Positions 1 to 12,660 of a stretch of DNA of 64,000 bases are shown here, piece by piece; within the stretch, counting starts at the first letter, position 1; each line of letters opens with the position of its first letter. The notes beneath the pieces were generated by a model. It searched no databases, was not told the origin of the DNA, and was given only the letters and a program-made list of their open reading frames with translations. Source of the stretch: Owenia fusiformis (lineage: Eukaryota); assembly GCA_903813345.2 (NCBI GenBank), contig CAIIXF020000001.1, positions 9,858,001 through 9,922,000 on the forward strand. The letters run 5' to 3'. Made by a program: the position numbers and the translations under genes.

Positions 1-226
1 TAGAAATAAAGTATAAGTAAGTGACCATAATGAAGGTTAAGGTGACCATGATATTTTCTACTTCAAAAAGTAAACTATCATGCGATAAGGCCTACATTAA
101 CATGTAATTTTGCTGTATACTACCTTGTCTTTGACATTGCTGTTATCTAGTTCTATTTTAACAAGAAACATACTATATTACATCCATACATGATAATTTT
201 GCTGTACGCTGAAGACTGACATCAAA

Positions 227-1054
227 ATGAGATTTTCTGGTAAAGGAGTTATAGTCACTGGATCAAACAGTGGTATTGGGAAGGCCACTGCCCTGTTGAT
301 GGCAAAAGAAGGAGCCAGTGTTGTCATACATTGAAGAGACATGAAAACACTGGAACAGACTATTTAAGAATGCAGGGAAGTTGGTGCACAAAATGCCAAG
401 TTTCCTATTGTTCAGGGAGACTTTAACAGTGACAAGACATTGATACAGCGATTATATGACACTGCTATGGAGACATTTGGGCGAATTGATGTCCTAGTGA
501 ACAATGCCTGTACAGCTGAAATCTGCACATTTGAGAACGTCATAGAGGAACAGTTTGACAAGCAGATCAATGTTGCTCTTAAAGCGCCTGTATTTTTATC
601 TCAGAAATGTTTCCCAGAGCTAAAGAAAAACAAAGGAAACATTGTGAATGTATCAAGCATTGCTGCAGCAAGACCCCCCTCTCTTGGACATGCAATTTAT
701 TCTGTTTCAAAAGCAGCATTGAATCAGTTTACTCAATGCGCAGGGATAGAATATGGTTCTGAGGGTGTCAGAGTTAATGTAGTATGCCCAGGGTTGGTTG
801 CCACTGGATTCTTTATCAAAGCTGGAATTGTTGACACGGAGGCTGAGCAAGATGAACATTATAAGAAACTCACACGTTGTACCCCATTAAAGAAACCTGG
901 TACTCCTGAGGAGACGGCTAAGCTGATTGCGTATCTGGCATCAGATGATGCATCTATGATGAATGGTGCTAACATTATACATGATGGAGGACTAACTCTT
1001 ATGGGACTTGATACAAAAACAATTGAGAATGCTGCAAAGTGTGCCAGCGAATAA
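227..1054 (+). pseudogene. Short-chain dehydrogenase/reductase (classical SDR, FabG-like) pseudogene, intronless
   Basis: ATG at 227 reads MRFSGKGVIVTGSNSGIGKATA (TGxxxGxG cofactor motif) in frame with ORF 440-1054 (NNAC, YSVSK = YxxxK, RVNVVCPG). Two in-frame stops interrupt it: TGA 332-334 (usually Gly in 'HGR') and TAA 365-367. Confidence 0.85.
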
Positions 1055-2330
1055 ATTTTGACTGTCTAACTGGCCGTGAAACAAACATTTTTTGCTTGCT
1101 ACCAAACAGCTTTCCCTTTTCAGCTTGTTATTTGCCGCCATCAAGTAGTTGTCGTGTCATATAATATAAATGTATTTTACAGGTATTTTTAGAGATTTTG
1201 AAGAATTTATTGAGCTGGGGTCTGATAAGTGATAATTTTCTTTAATTTATTTGTCTAATAAAGATGATAAAAAGATCTACTGTTTAGATATTTTGAAGAA
1301 TTAATTGAGCTGGGGTCATATGATCCATGATGACTGATGTTTTTTTTAAAGGATAGGTATCGATATGGTGAACTGAATTCAACAATGTTTTTCTCTTAAA
1401 CCAAACTGTTTTTTAACATTTTTTTTTTAGTGCAATTGTTTTTGTTCCTTTCTATCAATTCTTGAGAATGAAATAAAATGTCTTTCCGAACCTTATTAGA
1501 ACAAAATAGCATATACAACATTTTCTTAGACCTCTCAATATTATAGTTATACAAAGGAAATGGTTGATTTAAAAAAAAAGTATGCAAAAACTTAAAACAA
1601 ATGAAAACAAACAAAACAGTCCTTATGCACAGTACAAAATATTTTGTATTCAGTTCGAAAATCAGGAGACAAAAGTAACAAAACACACATGTGTTTTCTA
1701 TTGTCTATGAGTATGTGGTAGAAGAGACAGTCTACTAATACATGTAAATGTTTAAAATTAGATAACCAACAGTAAAGAACATGAAACAAGGTTCAATTGT
1801 GCCAAATATGACTTAAAACCCATTCTTGATGTCTTTGTTATTAAGATTTGTTTGGGTTACCTTTTTGGCTCATCCTATATTTTTCTTTTATAGTCTTTAA
1901 ATTTATTGCTTGTAGAATTGCATTTTATTCACTGACCTCAATTAATGTGTGAAATAAAAATCTGCATCTGATGTTTTAGTATTGAAATTATTTGTGTCAT
2001 TTTGACTTTCATGTTTAATTAAGTTTTCAGTCAGTCCAACGCGATTATGAGAAAAAAATAAATGAAGATAAAGTGCAATAAAATATTATAATCAATAGCA
2101 TATTTATTACAAAAAGGTTACAAAAGTAATAAATATAAACCATCAGTCATGATCTTGGCAAATATAAATATTAACAATTTATCCATGACAAACAATTGTT
2201 TGTTTTCTTGAGAAAGAAATATAGAGCAGCCAAGATTTTATCGGGAATAAGATGCTTCATCTTTCGAGATATGAATTAAGAGTTTTATCCTGACACTTTC
2301 AAATATTCACATTCAAGTATACGGTATATA

Positions 2331-2425
2331 CAGTAAAACTTGATACAGTAAAAGTGGAACACCTTTGGTACCTCTAAAAAGGTGTTCTACTTGTGAGGTG
2401 TTCAACTCATAGAGGTCCATTAAGT
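2331..2425. mobile_element. Left-end relic of a Tc1/pogo-type non-autonomous DNA transposon (TA|CAGTAAAACTT terminus)
   Basis: Starts ta-cagtaaaactt. Its reverse complement aligns with a diverged copy at ~42321-42410 (aatgaacctctataagttgaacacctc...). Confidence 0.45.
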
Positions 2426-3949
2426 CAGTTGGTCTTTGGTCTTTGCAATCAATATGGCACTATGAAATAGGCCTGCGCATGTTAAAATTTTTCTTCAAAA
2501 CTCAACTTTTGTACAAGTTGATACAATTGTCTTTCAAACTAGAAACTTACCTCATTCGAAAGATTCCAAAAGACTTTATCTATACTGAAAATCTTAGATC
2601 CCAGCATAGTAGAATACGCTGTCAGTTTGCTTTTGATTTTTTGAAGTGAGTTTCTGTAGATCGACAGATTTCAAATTGGTACGTTTATAAATACGAATTT
2701 CTGCACACTTGTAAGATATATGCGCAAAATGAATTTATAAATTTGATTGATTAATAATTTTCTCCTGAGCATGCGCGAAGTCTGATGAATGCTTATGATG
2801 AAGACACATAGCCAGCTTGGGTCTTTGTAGAAGAGCCATTCCAGTTTTTACATGCTAATTCAGAGTAATTCAATTAAGTCCAAATTTTTTGTAGCGTATT
2901 AAAAACCAATTACACCAAGAAAAAAATTTGAATTTTAGACCTTCCAGATGTTTGAAAATCAAGCACTATGAGTCTCATAGCAACAAAAGTTGGACTCTCA
3001 TGAATTCAATTGTAAAAAGAATTTTTGGTCAATGAATAAAATTACAGACAAATTCAATTAGGAAAAATCTTGTTACTTCTTAAACAAAAAAGGATTTTTG
3101 GTCCATTGATAAAAAAGCATGTATTTCACACAGTAAATGCATTTGAACAATTAAGATCACACCTGTACACCTGTATCAATTTTGTAGTTAGAAATATGAT
3201 ATTTTTGAAAGTTGTAGATGGCATAAATAAACAGTCAGTGTTCAACTAAATAAAAATCTACCATAAAACAGTGAAATATTGCTTTGTTTTTCCAGGCGTT
3301 TAATTCAGAAGAAACTGTGGCAATATCAAGTCAACTCATGAATCTCAATAACTACATGATAATCTTAGAGGAGATATTCAAAGCAGGCAATCTCCGAAGA
3401 TATTCTGTGCCATTTCATTTTGATGAAATGTCTCCCACAGAAAAGGTATTGGAGTTGATATATTATAGAATTAGCAATGGACAACATATAGAATAGGTGG
3501 TGCCTTTTTAAGGGCAGTTTTATTCACTAAAAGATTTAACCCACCTTGATATGCTATTTTTGAAAAAGTATAGATTTTCATTGCACTCAATGTTTTTTGT
3601 AACCATTGATGAGAGATAAAGTAGTTTCTCTCTAGGCTAAATAAAATGTTTTATAAAAAAGAGCATTACTCATGAATAGAAAATATACTTGTACTGTATT
3701 AATCAATTTGAGAAGGCCATAGAAAGTAGAAAGGTTTATTGGAAAAGATGAAGAATGCTCATATTGCATCCTCCTAAGCAGGTATCCAGAATCCGTACCT
3801 CCTTCTTCCCCCTGCTATAACCAATTTGGAAGCGCCCGATTAAACTGAATCACGTGATCTAATTATGCGCAATGACTTATACATGATTTCTGTCGCAGTG
3901 TTGCGACAGCCAATCAGAGTTCTTAATCGGGGAGATGCTAACTGTTTAA

Positions 3950-5745
3950 GATCCACTTCAAGGTGCCTATAAAACTGGACACCAGACAAGTGACAATTTA
4001 TATATCTTAAGCACTCTTATATCTCACTATAAACGATTGAAGAAACCAGTATATTGTATTATGATTGACTTCAAAAAAGCGTTTGATTTTGTAAATAGGT
4101 CTGCACTAATGTATAAACTATGCAAAGCAGGTATATCACCAAGTTCAAATATTTTTAAAATTATTTCCAGTATGTATAAAAAATCCAAAGCTTGCCTCAA
4201 ACTCAAAGATGGTATCACCCCTACTTTTGAGACAGATGCCGGTGTAATGCAGGGCTCTGTCCTTAGTACTTATTTATTTAACCACTTTCTTGATGATTTG
4301 TCAGACTATTTACCGAAGGAGTATGGACTTCAATTTGACGGTGATAAGATAAACCATTTACTTTGGGCTGATGATTTAATTTTATTGTCAAATACTGAAG
4401 ATGGAGCTCAAAAAATGTTAAATTGTTTATTTAAGTTCTGTAAGAGGTATCACCTTATTGTTAACACATTAAAGACGAAATCAATAATTTTTAATTCAAA
4501 ATCCAATGTGCAATTCACTTTTAATGACAACATTATTGAAAGCGTTAACCACTATAAATATTTGGGCTGCATATTTAATAATAACATTAATTTTGATAAA
4601 CACATAGGTTATCTCCAAGAACAGGCAAGGAAAGCCCTTTTTAAAATTAAGCAACAGTATAAAAAATTTAACGATGTTCCTTTCTCCGTTGCCCTGCATC
4701 TTTTTGATAGCTTGGTTGAACCAATTTTAATGTATGCCTCTGAGATATGGTATAGTAAGAAGCATGTAAAAGCTATAGAAGCAATACACTTATCATTCCT
4801 TAAATGTTTGCTTGGTGTGAAAAAATCAACAGCTACACCGGCTGTTTATGGGGAGCTAGGACGTTATCCTTTAAAAATTCGTTTCAACATTAAGCTGATT
4901 AAGTATTGGCTGCGTTTAATGAAATTACCTGAAGAAAATATGCTCAATAAATCATATTTGTATGACCTTGAAATGAATGGTTTGGGTTACTCTGGCACTT
5001 GGTCCAGTAAAGTTATTGACATATTAAAACAATGTGATTTATTCTCTCATTGGTTGACTCAAAATGTTGAAGATGATTATATATTTATTCAAACGATCAC
5101 AAAGAAATTAAAAAGTAATTATGCACTTCAATGGAAACAGGATATTCTTACTTTTCCTGTTCTTAGAACTTATATAAAATTCAAAAATACTTTCACCAAA
5201 GAATTATATTTAAACATTCAAAATAAAAAGTATAGACATGCATTAACTAGGCTCAGGATGAGTTCACATAAATTACAGATAGAAGTTGGGCGGTACTCAA
5301 AACCAAAGCCAAAACCCACAAGTGAAAGGTTGTGTAGTGAATGTGGGGTAATTGAGGATGAGCTTCACTTTATCACAAGCTGTACAAAGAACTTAAAACA
5401 CAGAGAGCTTTTGTTTGAAACTTTAGAATCTGATCTGAAACAGTGCAAAGACCCAGATAAACTGTTTGAAACTATTATGTCTAGTAAAAGCTCTCATGTT
5501 AACTTACATTTAGCCAAATTTGTATATCACTCTTTTAAAAATTTGGAAAATGATTAATATTATGTAAACATTTTTTAAAACACATGTATTATGGATACAC
5601 CACACTGATATCATACCCTGACATGTGAAACTGATGTAAAGTAGTTTTGTAGTATGTAGTTGTAGTTTGTAGTTTTTTGTACACTGTAGTGACTGATATG
5701 TCATTTACATGACATGGTTATTGAGTCAATAAAAGATATATATAT
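3950..5745 (+). mobile_element. 5'-truncated non-LTR retrotransposon (LINE; RTEX/CR1-group-like, clade uncertain)
   Basis: Frame is open from 3950 (DPLQGAYKTGHQTSDN) through ORF 4037-5557. RT motifs IDFKKAFD, GVMQGSVLS, LLWADD, YKYLG; C-terminal CxxC..H..C. 3' UTR has AATAAA 5728-5733 and a (TA)n tail. Confidence 0.9.
4037..5557 (+). CDS. LINE ORF2 C-terminal part (reverse transcriptase plus C-terminal Zn motif), N-terminally truncated
   Basis: 506-aa ORF with RT motifs and no endonuclease domain; no internal stops. Confidence 0.8.
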   Translation: MKKPVYCIMIDFKKAFDFVNRSALMYKLCKAGISPSSNIFKIISSMYKKSKACLKLKDGITPTFETDAGVMQGSVLSTYLFNHFLDDLSDYLPKEYGLQFDGDKINHLLWADDLILLSNTEDGAQKMLNCLFKFCKRYHLIVNTLKTKSIIFNSKSNVQFTFNDNIIESVNHYKYLGCIFNNNINFDKHIGYLQEQARKALFKIKQQYKKFNDVPFSVALHLFDSLVEPILMYASEIWYSKKHVKAIEAIHLSFLKCLLGVKKSTATPAVYGELGRYPLKIRFNIKLIKYWLRLMKLPEENMLNKSYLYDLEMNGLGYSGTWSSKVIDILKQCDLFSHWLTQNVEDDYIFIQTITKKLKSNYALQWKQDILTFPVLRTYIKFKNTFTKELYLNIQNKKYRHALTRLRMSSHKLQIEVGRYSKPKPKPTSERLCSECGVIEDELHFITSCTKNLKHRELLFETLESDLKQCKDPDKLFETIMSSKSSHVNLHLAKFVYHSFKNLEND

Positions 5746-6730
5746 CGCAGGGGGTAAAAAGAAAGAATATATTCTGGATTTTGAAGCCCTGTGATTTGAG
5801 GATGTCATATTGAGGCTACTTAGACTTTCATTCTTTGATGTAAAATATGTTATGATAAACTAAATTGTTAATTTTTTGTTCGAGTCAGTTTTCAGTAACA
5901 CCAAAGTATGTTTGTCAAAGTTGAATTAAAAGTTTTTGTTTGGGTTAGTTTTCAAAACTATTTTTGAAACCCATGATGGTGACCATCTTTCAGCCAGTAT
6001 GCGTTTCTAATAATTTAAATAATGCACTTTCTTTTTATTGACACCAAGCTGTCAGAAAATAAAATTGTTCAATGGAGTTGAGTAAATTCAAATAATCAGT
6101 TGTCCATTGCAAATAGAATGTTATTTGATTCTGAAATTTGCTGGCTGTATTAGTCAACAAATAACTATAAAAATAAGTTGGTTCATTTATATTCAAAGTT
6201 TACCCAAATGACTTATGTTATAATTTCTGTGACTTCTCAAAAATTTTCCAGTTTCTTCTTTAATTTCTTTGAATAAAATCATTTGGAATCTTTTATCGGC
6301 CAGCACTGAATGAAAATATCGTCGACATTGAGTGAAATATATTCTCGGGGGCCGCCGGAAACTTTATTATATTCATTTATATTTTAAGGTGAGTACTGTG
6401 ATGTCATTGTTACCCGATGATGTCATAAAGAAAGGGGAGGAGCAAACACGAATGATGCTTGATCAAGTAAAGTATGTGGATAAAATGCGGGAAGAATTAT
6501 GATATGAGTGATTTCTTACTGGTTGAAAAGGAAAAAACATGCAATCATGGAACGAATGTCAATACAAATGAACCATATCTCCAACATCAAATGGATTATG
6601 AAGCTGCTATGATCTGCTGCAAGATGTCATAAGTGATGTCGTTGATGAAAATTTTAAAACCTCACAAAATCATATTTACAGCTGGTCTGATAAGTATGTA
6701 ATGAAATTAGATGAACTGTAGATTTATTAT

Positions 6731-6921
6731 TATGTCACCACCAAAAGTGGTGACATATTGTTATGGTCTCCGTTTTTTTTATGTCACCACCAAAAGTGGT
6801 GACATATTGTTATGGTCTCCGTTTTTTTATGTCACCACCAAAAGTGGTGACATATTGTTATGGTCTCCGTTTTTATGTCACCACCAAAAGTGGTGACATA
6901 TTGTTATGGTCTCCGTTTTTT
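6731..6921. repeat. 4x tandem 46-49 bp unit containing a hairpin (amplified HINE 5' end)
   Basis: tatgtcaccaccaaaagtggtgacatattgttatggtctccgt(t)n starts at 6731, 6780, 6828 and 6874. Confidence 0.95.
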
Positions 6922-7009
6922 GCGACGGCGGTTGGTGGTTGGCGGTTGGCGTCCGGCGTCTGTAACAATTTCTTACAACTTCCTATAACTTAACAAATAC
7001 TGTTTAGAC

Positions 7010-8635
7010 TGACTTCAATTTTTTTCTAAATCATCTACATGTTCTCAGAAGTTCAAATCTGACTTTAGATTTGACATTTCACCTTCAATGACCTTCTCAA
7101 GGTCAAAAAGGTCTTTTTTAAACTTGCTTCCCATTGACTAATTTTTTTTTCAAAATCATCTACATGTTCTCAGAAATTCAAATCTGACTTTAGATTTGAC
7201 ATTTGACCTTCAAATCTGACTTTAGATTTGACATTTGACCTTCAATGACCTTCTCAAGGTCAAAAAGGTCTGTTTTCAACTTGCTTCAAATTGACTAAAA
7301 TTTTTTTTCAAAATCTACGTGTTCTCAGAAATTCAAATCTGATTTAAGATTTGACTTAAGATTTGACATTTGACCTTCAATGACCTTCTCAAGGTCAAAA
7401 AGGTCAAAAAGGTCTGTTTTCAACTTGCTTCAAATTGACAAATTTTTTTTTTCAAAATCATCTACGTGTTCTCAGAAATTCAAATATGACTTTAGATTTG
7501 ACTTAAGATTTGACATTTGACCTTCAATGACCTTCTCAAAGTCAAAAAAGGTCAAAAAGGTCTTTTTTCAACTTGCTTCAAATTGACTAAATTTTTTTTT
7601 CAAAATCATCTACATGTTCTCAGAAATTCAAATCTGACTTTAGATTTGACATTTGACCTTCAATGACCTTCTCAATGTCAAAAAAGGTCAAAAAGGTATT
7701 TTTTCACCTTGCTTCAAATTGACTAAATTTTTTTTTCAAAATCATCTACATGTTCTCAGAAATTCAAATATGACTTTAGATTTGACTTTAGATTTGACAT
7801 TTGACCTTCAATGACCTTCTCAAGGTCAAAAAAGGTCAGTTTTCAACTTGCTTCAAATTGACTAAATTTTTTTTTCAAAATCATCTACGTGTTCTCAGAA
7901 ATTCAAATCTGACTTTAGATTTGACATTTGACCTTCAATGACCTTCTCATAGTCAAAAAAGGTCAAAAGGTCTTTTTTCAACTTGCTTCAAATTGAATAC
8001 ATTTTTTTTTCAAATTCATCTACATGTTCTCAGAAATTCAAATCTGACTTTAGATTTGACATTTGACCTTCAATGACCTTCTCAATGTCAAAAAAGGTCA
8101 AAAAGGTATTTTTTCACCTTGCTTCAAATTGACTAATTTTTTTTTCAAAATCATCTACATGTTCTCAGAAATTCAAATATGACTTTAGATTTGTCTTTAG
8201 ATTTGACATTTGACCTTCAATGACCTTCTCAAGGTCAAAAAAGGTCAAAGAGGTCTTTTTCAACTTGCTTCAAATTGACTAATTTTTTTTTCAAAATCAT
8301 CTACATGTTCTCAGAAATTCAAATCTGACTTTAGATTTGACATTTGACCTTTAATGACCTTCTCAAGGTAAAAAAAGGTCAAAAAGGTCTGTTTTCAACT
8401 TGCTTCAAATTGACCAATTTTTTTTTCAAAATCATCTACATCTTTTCAGAAGTTCAAATTTGACTTTACAAGTACAAGTTCTCAGAAGTTCAAATCTGAC
8501 TTTAGATTTTTTTAACTTGCTTCAGATTGAACAATTTCTTTTTTCAAAATCATCTACAAGATCCCAGAAGCTCAAATCTTCAAAAACCTTCTTAAGGTCA
8601 AAAGGTATTTTCCAACTTGCTTTAAATTGACCAAA
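7010..8635. repeat. Tandem satellite, ~12 copies of a ~120-150 bp unit
   Basis: Recurrent aacttgcttcaaattgac..caaaatcatctacatgttctcagaaattcaaatctgactttagatttgacatttgaccttcaatgaccttctcaaggtcaaaa. Confidence 0.95.
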
Positions 8636-10091
8636 TTGTTTTAGGTGGTGACATTTTGTCATGTTAATGCCTTGTTACATTTTGTTACTGTAACAAGACA
8701 GGACTTCATGAATATTATTACTATCATGAGGAAGGATATAAGAAATGTCAATTACATTTATATGATGTGCCAAATCCAAACAAATATATCAGTTGATAAG
8801 TATATTGAAGTAATTTATTAATTTTTACATTTGTAAATCTATGCTTTATGTATACCTGAACATGTTCTAACACATGTACCAGTAATTTGAAAGAAAGCAA
8901 ATCTGAAGTACTGACTACATTGTTTTTTTGCTAAAATGTATGAAATGCCAAAAAACATTTGGCTGTTGAAACCTTTTTTGATTTTCAGATATAATGCAAT
9001 ATCGGTTACCATGACAACAAATTAAATGATGTATGAGACAAGTTTTCTCTGTTAAATACAATATAAAACCAAGTGGTGACATCTAGTCACGCTAGACTGG
9101 TCCTGTTTACATGAATCATTGAATATTTATTTTATTTTAAAACCTACACGAATGTGAAATGTATATTTCAATCATGTTAACAAAAGCAGAAGTTTGGATT
9201 TTATATACAAAAACTAATATATTTTCTTCATTTTTACACATATACATTCCAATACATGTTTATACATACGAATGGTGCTATATATTAACAGTATTCTAAT
9301 CTAAGGGGCATATCATTGGATTTTGGGGAACATTACCATTTACCACTTTCACTCCAGTTAGGTAGATAGGTTTTGCTGTTGTAAAAGACAAGACATTTTG
9401 GGCTTTGGTAAAAAGGGGGACTATGGAAATAAACAAAAATTGAACCTTGGATCACATTGTGGATTATGGTGTATGGGTTCATTTCAGTTCAGTTTGGTTC
9501 AATGATGTCATCTCTATGATAAATGTTAAATTCAAACTCCTATTGATTTTGGTTCATCAAAATCAATCATTCATAGTTACCTTTGTAATATGCTGACATA
9601 TTCAAATGAACCATACTGAAAAAAGCAGCCCCAGAAAGAGGTTACGAGTGTTTCCCCAAAATCTGATTATTTGCCCCTGATAGGCACATTGTTATGGTAC
9701 TAATTATACAGGGGTAGCCTATAGCCAGGATATAGAAATTATGAATTTTTATATGAATTTGAATAGGTAAGGTTAATTAATGGGAATATAATTACTTCAT
9801 TGTTTCTATTTAAAGAAATCTGAATAAATATTGACTGTAAAATTATTAGTCAGTTGCCTCGCCTGCCTTATGCCTAGCTATGCTCCTGTATTTATTGGAT
9901 TTGATGAAGCATTTGATTACAGGATATGAACTTTATATTGGAGGTCACCCATGTCATGATCACCTTCAACTACATCTGTATGTACGTCATCTTGTAAACT
10001 GGTGGGTGCAACAGGTGTTGTTCTCAGACTTGATAACGTATTTTCAACAGCTGGTTTTGTCATTGTTTATCATAATAATAACATTGTTGTC

Positions 10092-10154
10092 AATAATAAC
10101 TTAAGTTCATTTACTTCAGAGTAAAATAAAAGTAAATGAACTTAAGTTATTATT
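10092..10154. repeat. Perfect 25-bp inverted repeat with 13-bp spacer
   Basis: aataataacttaagttcatttactt (10092-10116) / aagtaaatgaacttaagttattatt (10130-10154). Confidence 0.9.
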
Positions 10155-10727
10155 AATATATTACCAGAGTGATGATTTTACACAGAAACATTGTTGTCAT
10201 TACAATTTACATGAAATGCAAAGTCATATTTCAAGTTTTTTATTCAAATTTGGAAGAAACTCTCCTAGTTCGTCTACAAAAGATGACTTAAATGACTGAT
10301 GGAGAATCCATGATATGTAACATTAAATTCTAAATTCTGCTCTATATATACACATGAATATCTTCAAATATAAATTCCTTGAAATATGAACACGTTTAGG
10401 CATTTTATATGTTCTCATTGAGTTACAGTTTATTTACTGTGCATTTCATTTTCATATTATTTGGGGGATTCAATAAGTACTGATAAAAATTGTATAGTAC
10501 TTGTTGAACACTCCAGTTTGTAGAATTTGTACTTAATACATGTACTCTACCACAAATGTGCAATAAAATTGTAAAAGACTATTATTATGCACATCACTTT
10601 ACAATATCTCTCTATATTATCTTACTATGGCATCATGGTATGTATTTATCTAATCTGTAAGAGTCTAATGTGACCTGGAATGAGCATGTACAATGCTACA
10701 GAATCGATACATGTACACTGAATATAC

Positions 10728-11295
10728 CCCGGGGGGTTCACTATATATAAACCTTGACGGGGATCCTCGGCGCATGTGGGGTACCTTTTTCAACGTTTGG
10801 TATGGCAATGGACCCATATTTTAGGATTTGGTATGGTAATGCCCGGAAATTTCTGACTTCTGAGGTATGGCAATGGTCGGACTTTTGCTCTTCTGGTATG
10901 AGAATGGTCGTTGTAGATACGTTACCTAACATTCGTGGTATGGCATTGGTCCAGTAGTTGCAAATTTGGATGACATTGATCCTATATTTCATTTACTTTG
11001 AATTAAGGTATGGCATTGGTCCCATATTTGGGCATTTGGTATGGCATTGGTCCTACATTTTGACATTTGGTATGGCATTGGTCCCATAATTGGGCATTTG
11101 GTATGGCATTGGTCCTATATTTGGACATTTGGTATGGCATTGGTCCTATATTTGGACATTTGGTATGGCCTTTGGGTGTTATTTTGGTTGGTATGGGACA
11201 TATTGAAATTTGACAGATTGGTATGGGAACATATTGATATTTGAGGCTTCAGCCTAGGACCCCCGTCGAGTTTTATATACAGTGAACCCCCCGGG
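10728..11295. mobile_element. MITE with ~44-bp TIRs (CCCGGGGGG termini), 8-bp TSD and internal ~30-bp minisatellite
   Basis: Left cccggggggttcactatatataaaccttgacggggatcctcggc; reverse complement of right end cccggggggttcactgtatataaaactcgacgggggtcctaggc. Flanking GAATATAC at 10720-10727 and 11296-11303. Internal ggtatggcattggtcc repeats. Confidence 0.85.
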
Positions 11296-11489
11296 GAATA
11301 TACTAAGTATTTTGTCAACTATCTTTTGTTAATGTACAGAGAATAACATCTTCATAATATTCATTCTTTCTGTGTGGTGATTTTTTCTCCATATATTTTG
11401 CTAAGTCAGTCATTTGAAAAATTGTAATGTTTGACCGCAGCTCTTTATAATTTAATATTCCAAGGAGTTAAAAGTCTTAAATATCCCTT

Positions 11490-11753
11490 GGTATGATAAA
11501 TATGTGCAAAAGCAAGTTGGAAGTTTTATTACGAAATCATTCAAAAACTTAAACTTGCCTGGGGATTAACATTTTGGATGCATCACACCTAAAGTATATT
11601 ATAACATATGTAAATAACAAGTTTTTTGTATAAATTGTATATATTAGTGTAGTGTAGTGTAGTGTAGTGTAGTGTAGTTTTTGTAAAATTTCATTTTGTA
11701 ATGACTAATATGTCAGGTCATGACATCTAAAGAGTCAATAAAAGATATATATA
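11490..11753 (+). mobile_element. Short 3'-end LINE fragment related to the 3950-5745 LINE
   Basis: Reads YDKYVQKQVGSFITKSFKNLNLPGD* (cf. HLAKFVYHSFKNLEND*), has a (gtagt)n tract and the same terminus gagtcaataaaagatatatata. Confidence 0.65.
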
Positions 11754-12660
11754 ATAGAGATTCTCACGAGCTTTAAAAAGAGAATCTGATAAATCAGAAT
11801 GTTTATGTTAATTCTCTTCATTTCATTTTCCCGTATTAGTGATTTTCATTTATGGCTCATTAAACAGTATTTTTAATACTAACTTGTACATGTTGCAATG
11901 GCCTATAGAAGAACATGGGTTTCTTTGAAGAGACTTTCAAATCCTGTTTTTTATTTATCCAATAACTTAATCAATTAGATATTTTCTTGTTTCTTGGTGG
12001 GGATGGACAAATACTGAATTTATAGATTATTATTGAATTGCTAGTAATTGGATCCTGCTACGTAGGATTAAAAAAATTATATTCATATTTTGGATTTTGA
12101 GTAAATAAGACAATGGTGTTGTTGAAGGATCTTGTTATGGCTAACTGTCCCTGATCATGAATAAAAAAAATAGTAATTAGATTAAGTAAATGCACCTATT
12201 CTACACTTGATGTTCAATACTTTCTTAATTAAGTAGTTTGACTGATGAGGCCATTTATCATTGAAATTACCACAACAATTACACTGCATTAAAAAAGGAA
12301 AAAAAGAAAAAACGATGACGCTTTGCTCCAACTTGTTAAATGGACTATCATAGTCAAAGTAATGGTGTGATTGATCATACTCAATCTATCCTCAAGGTAG
12401 ATACTGAAAAAGCCTTGATGGCTGTAAGAATATATCCCATATGAAAACAATACATTTATACAGCTGCATTTTATCAAGGACGTACTTTACTTTTCCATTG
12501 AATGCCATGTATCACTTTTTAATATCTGATTAACACGTTTTCTTAGCTCATTTGCAGAGAAATGATAATTAAACTATTTAATGACTCTTCATTGTAATCG
12601 AATTCCTATGTTCTATCATAGTCGATCTGAACAAATTCATGTCAAATTATTTCATAAATA

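Larger units (their letters stand above)
6727..8676 (+). mobile_element. Helentron-associated / DINE-1-like non-autonomous element (HINE) with internal satellite
   Basis: 5' subTIR hairpin tatgtcaccaccaaaagtggtgacata, GC-rich microsatellite 6922-6960, ~12 copies of a ~120-150 bp core, then 3' subTIR ggtggtgacat (8644-8654, complement of atgtcaccacc), a short imperfect palindrome and ttgtt. Confidence 0.7.

Noticed and set aside
332-334. Selenocysteine recoding of the SDR TGA
   Set aside because: A TAA follows in frame at 365, and the position is normally Gly, not Cys.
3766-3938. Possible small TIR element upstream of the LINE (gcatcctcc...ggagatgc)
   Set aside because: The inverted match is too short and imperfect, with no TSD.
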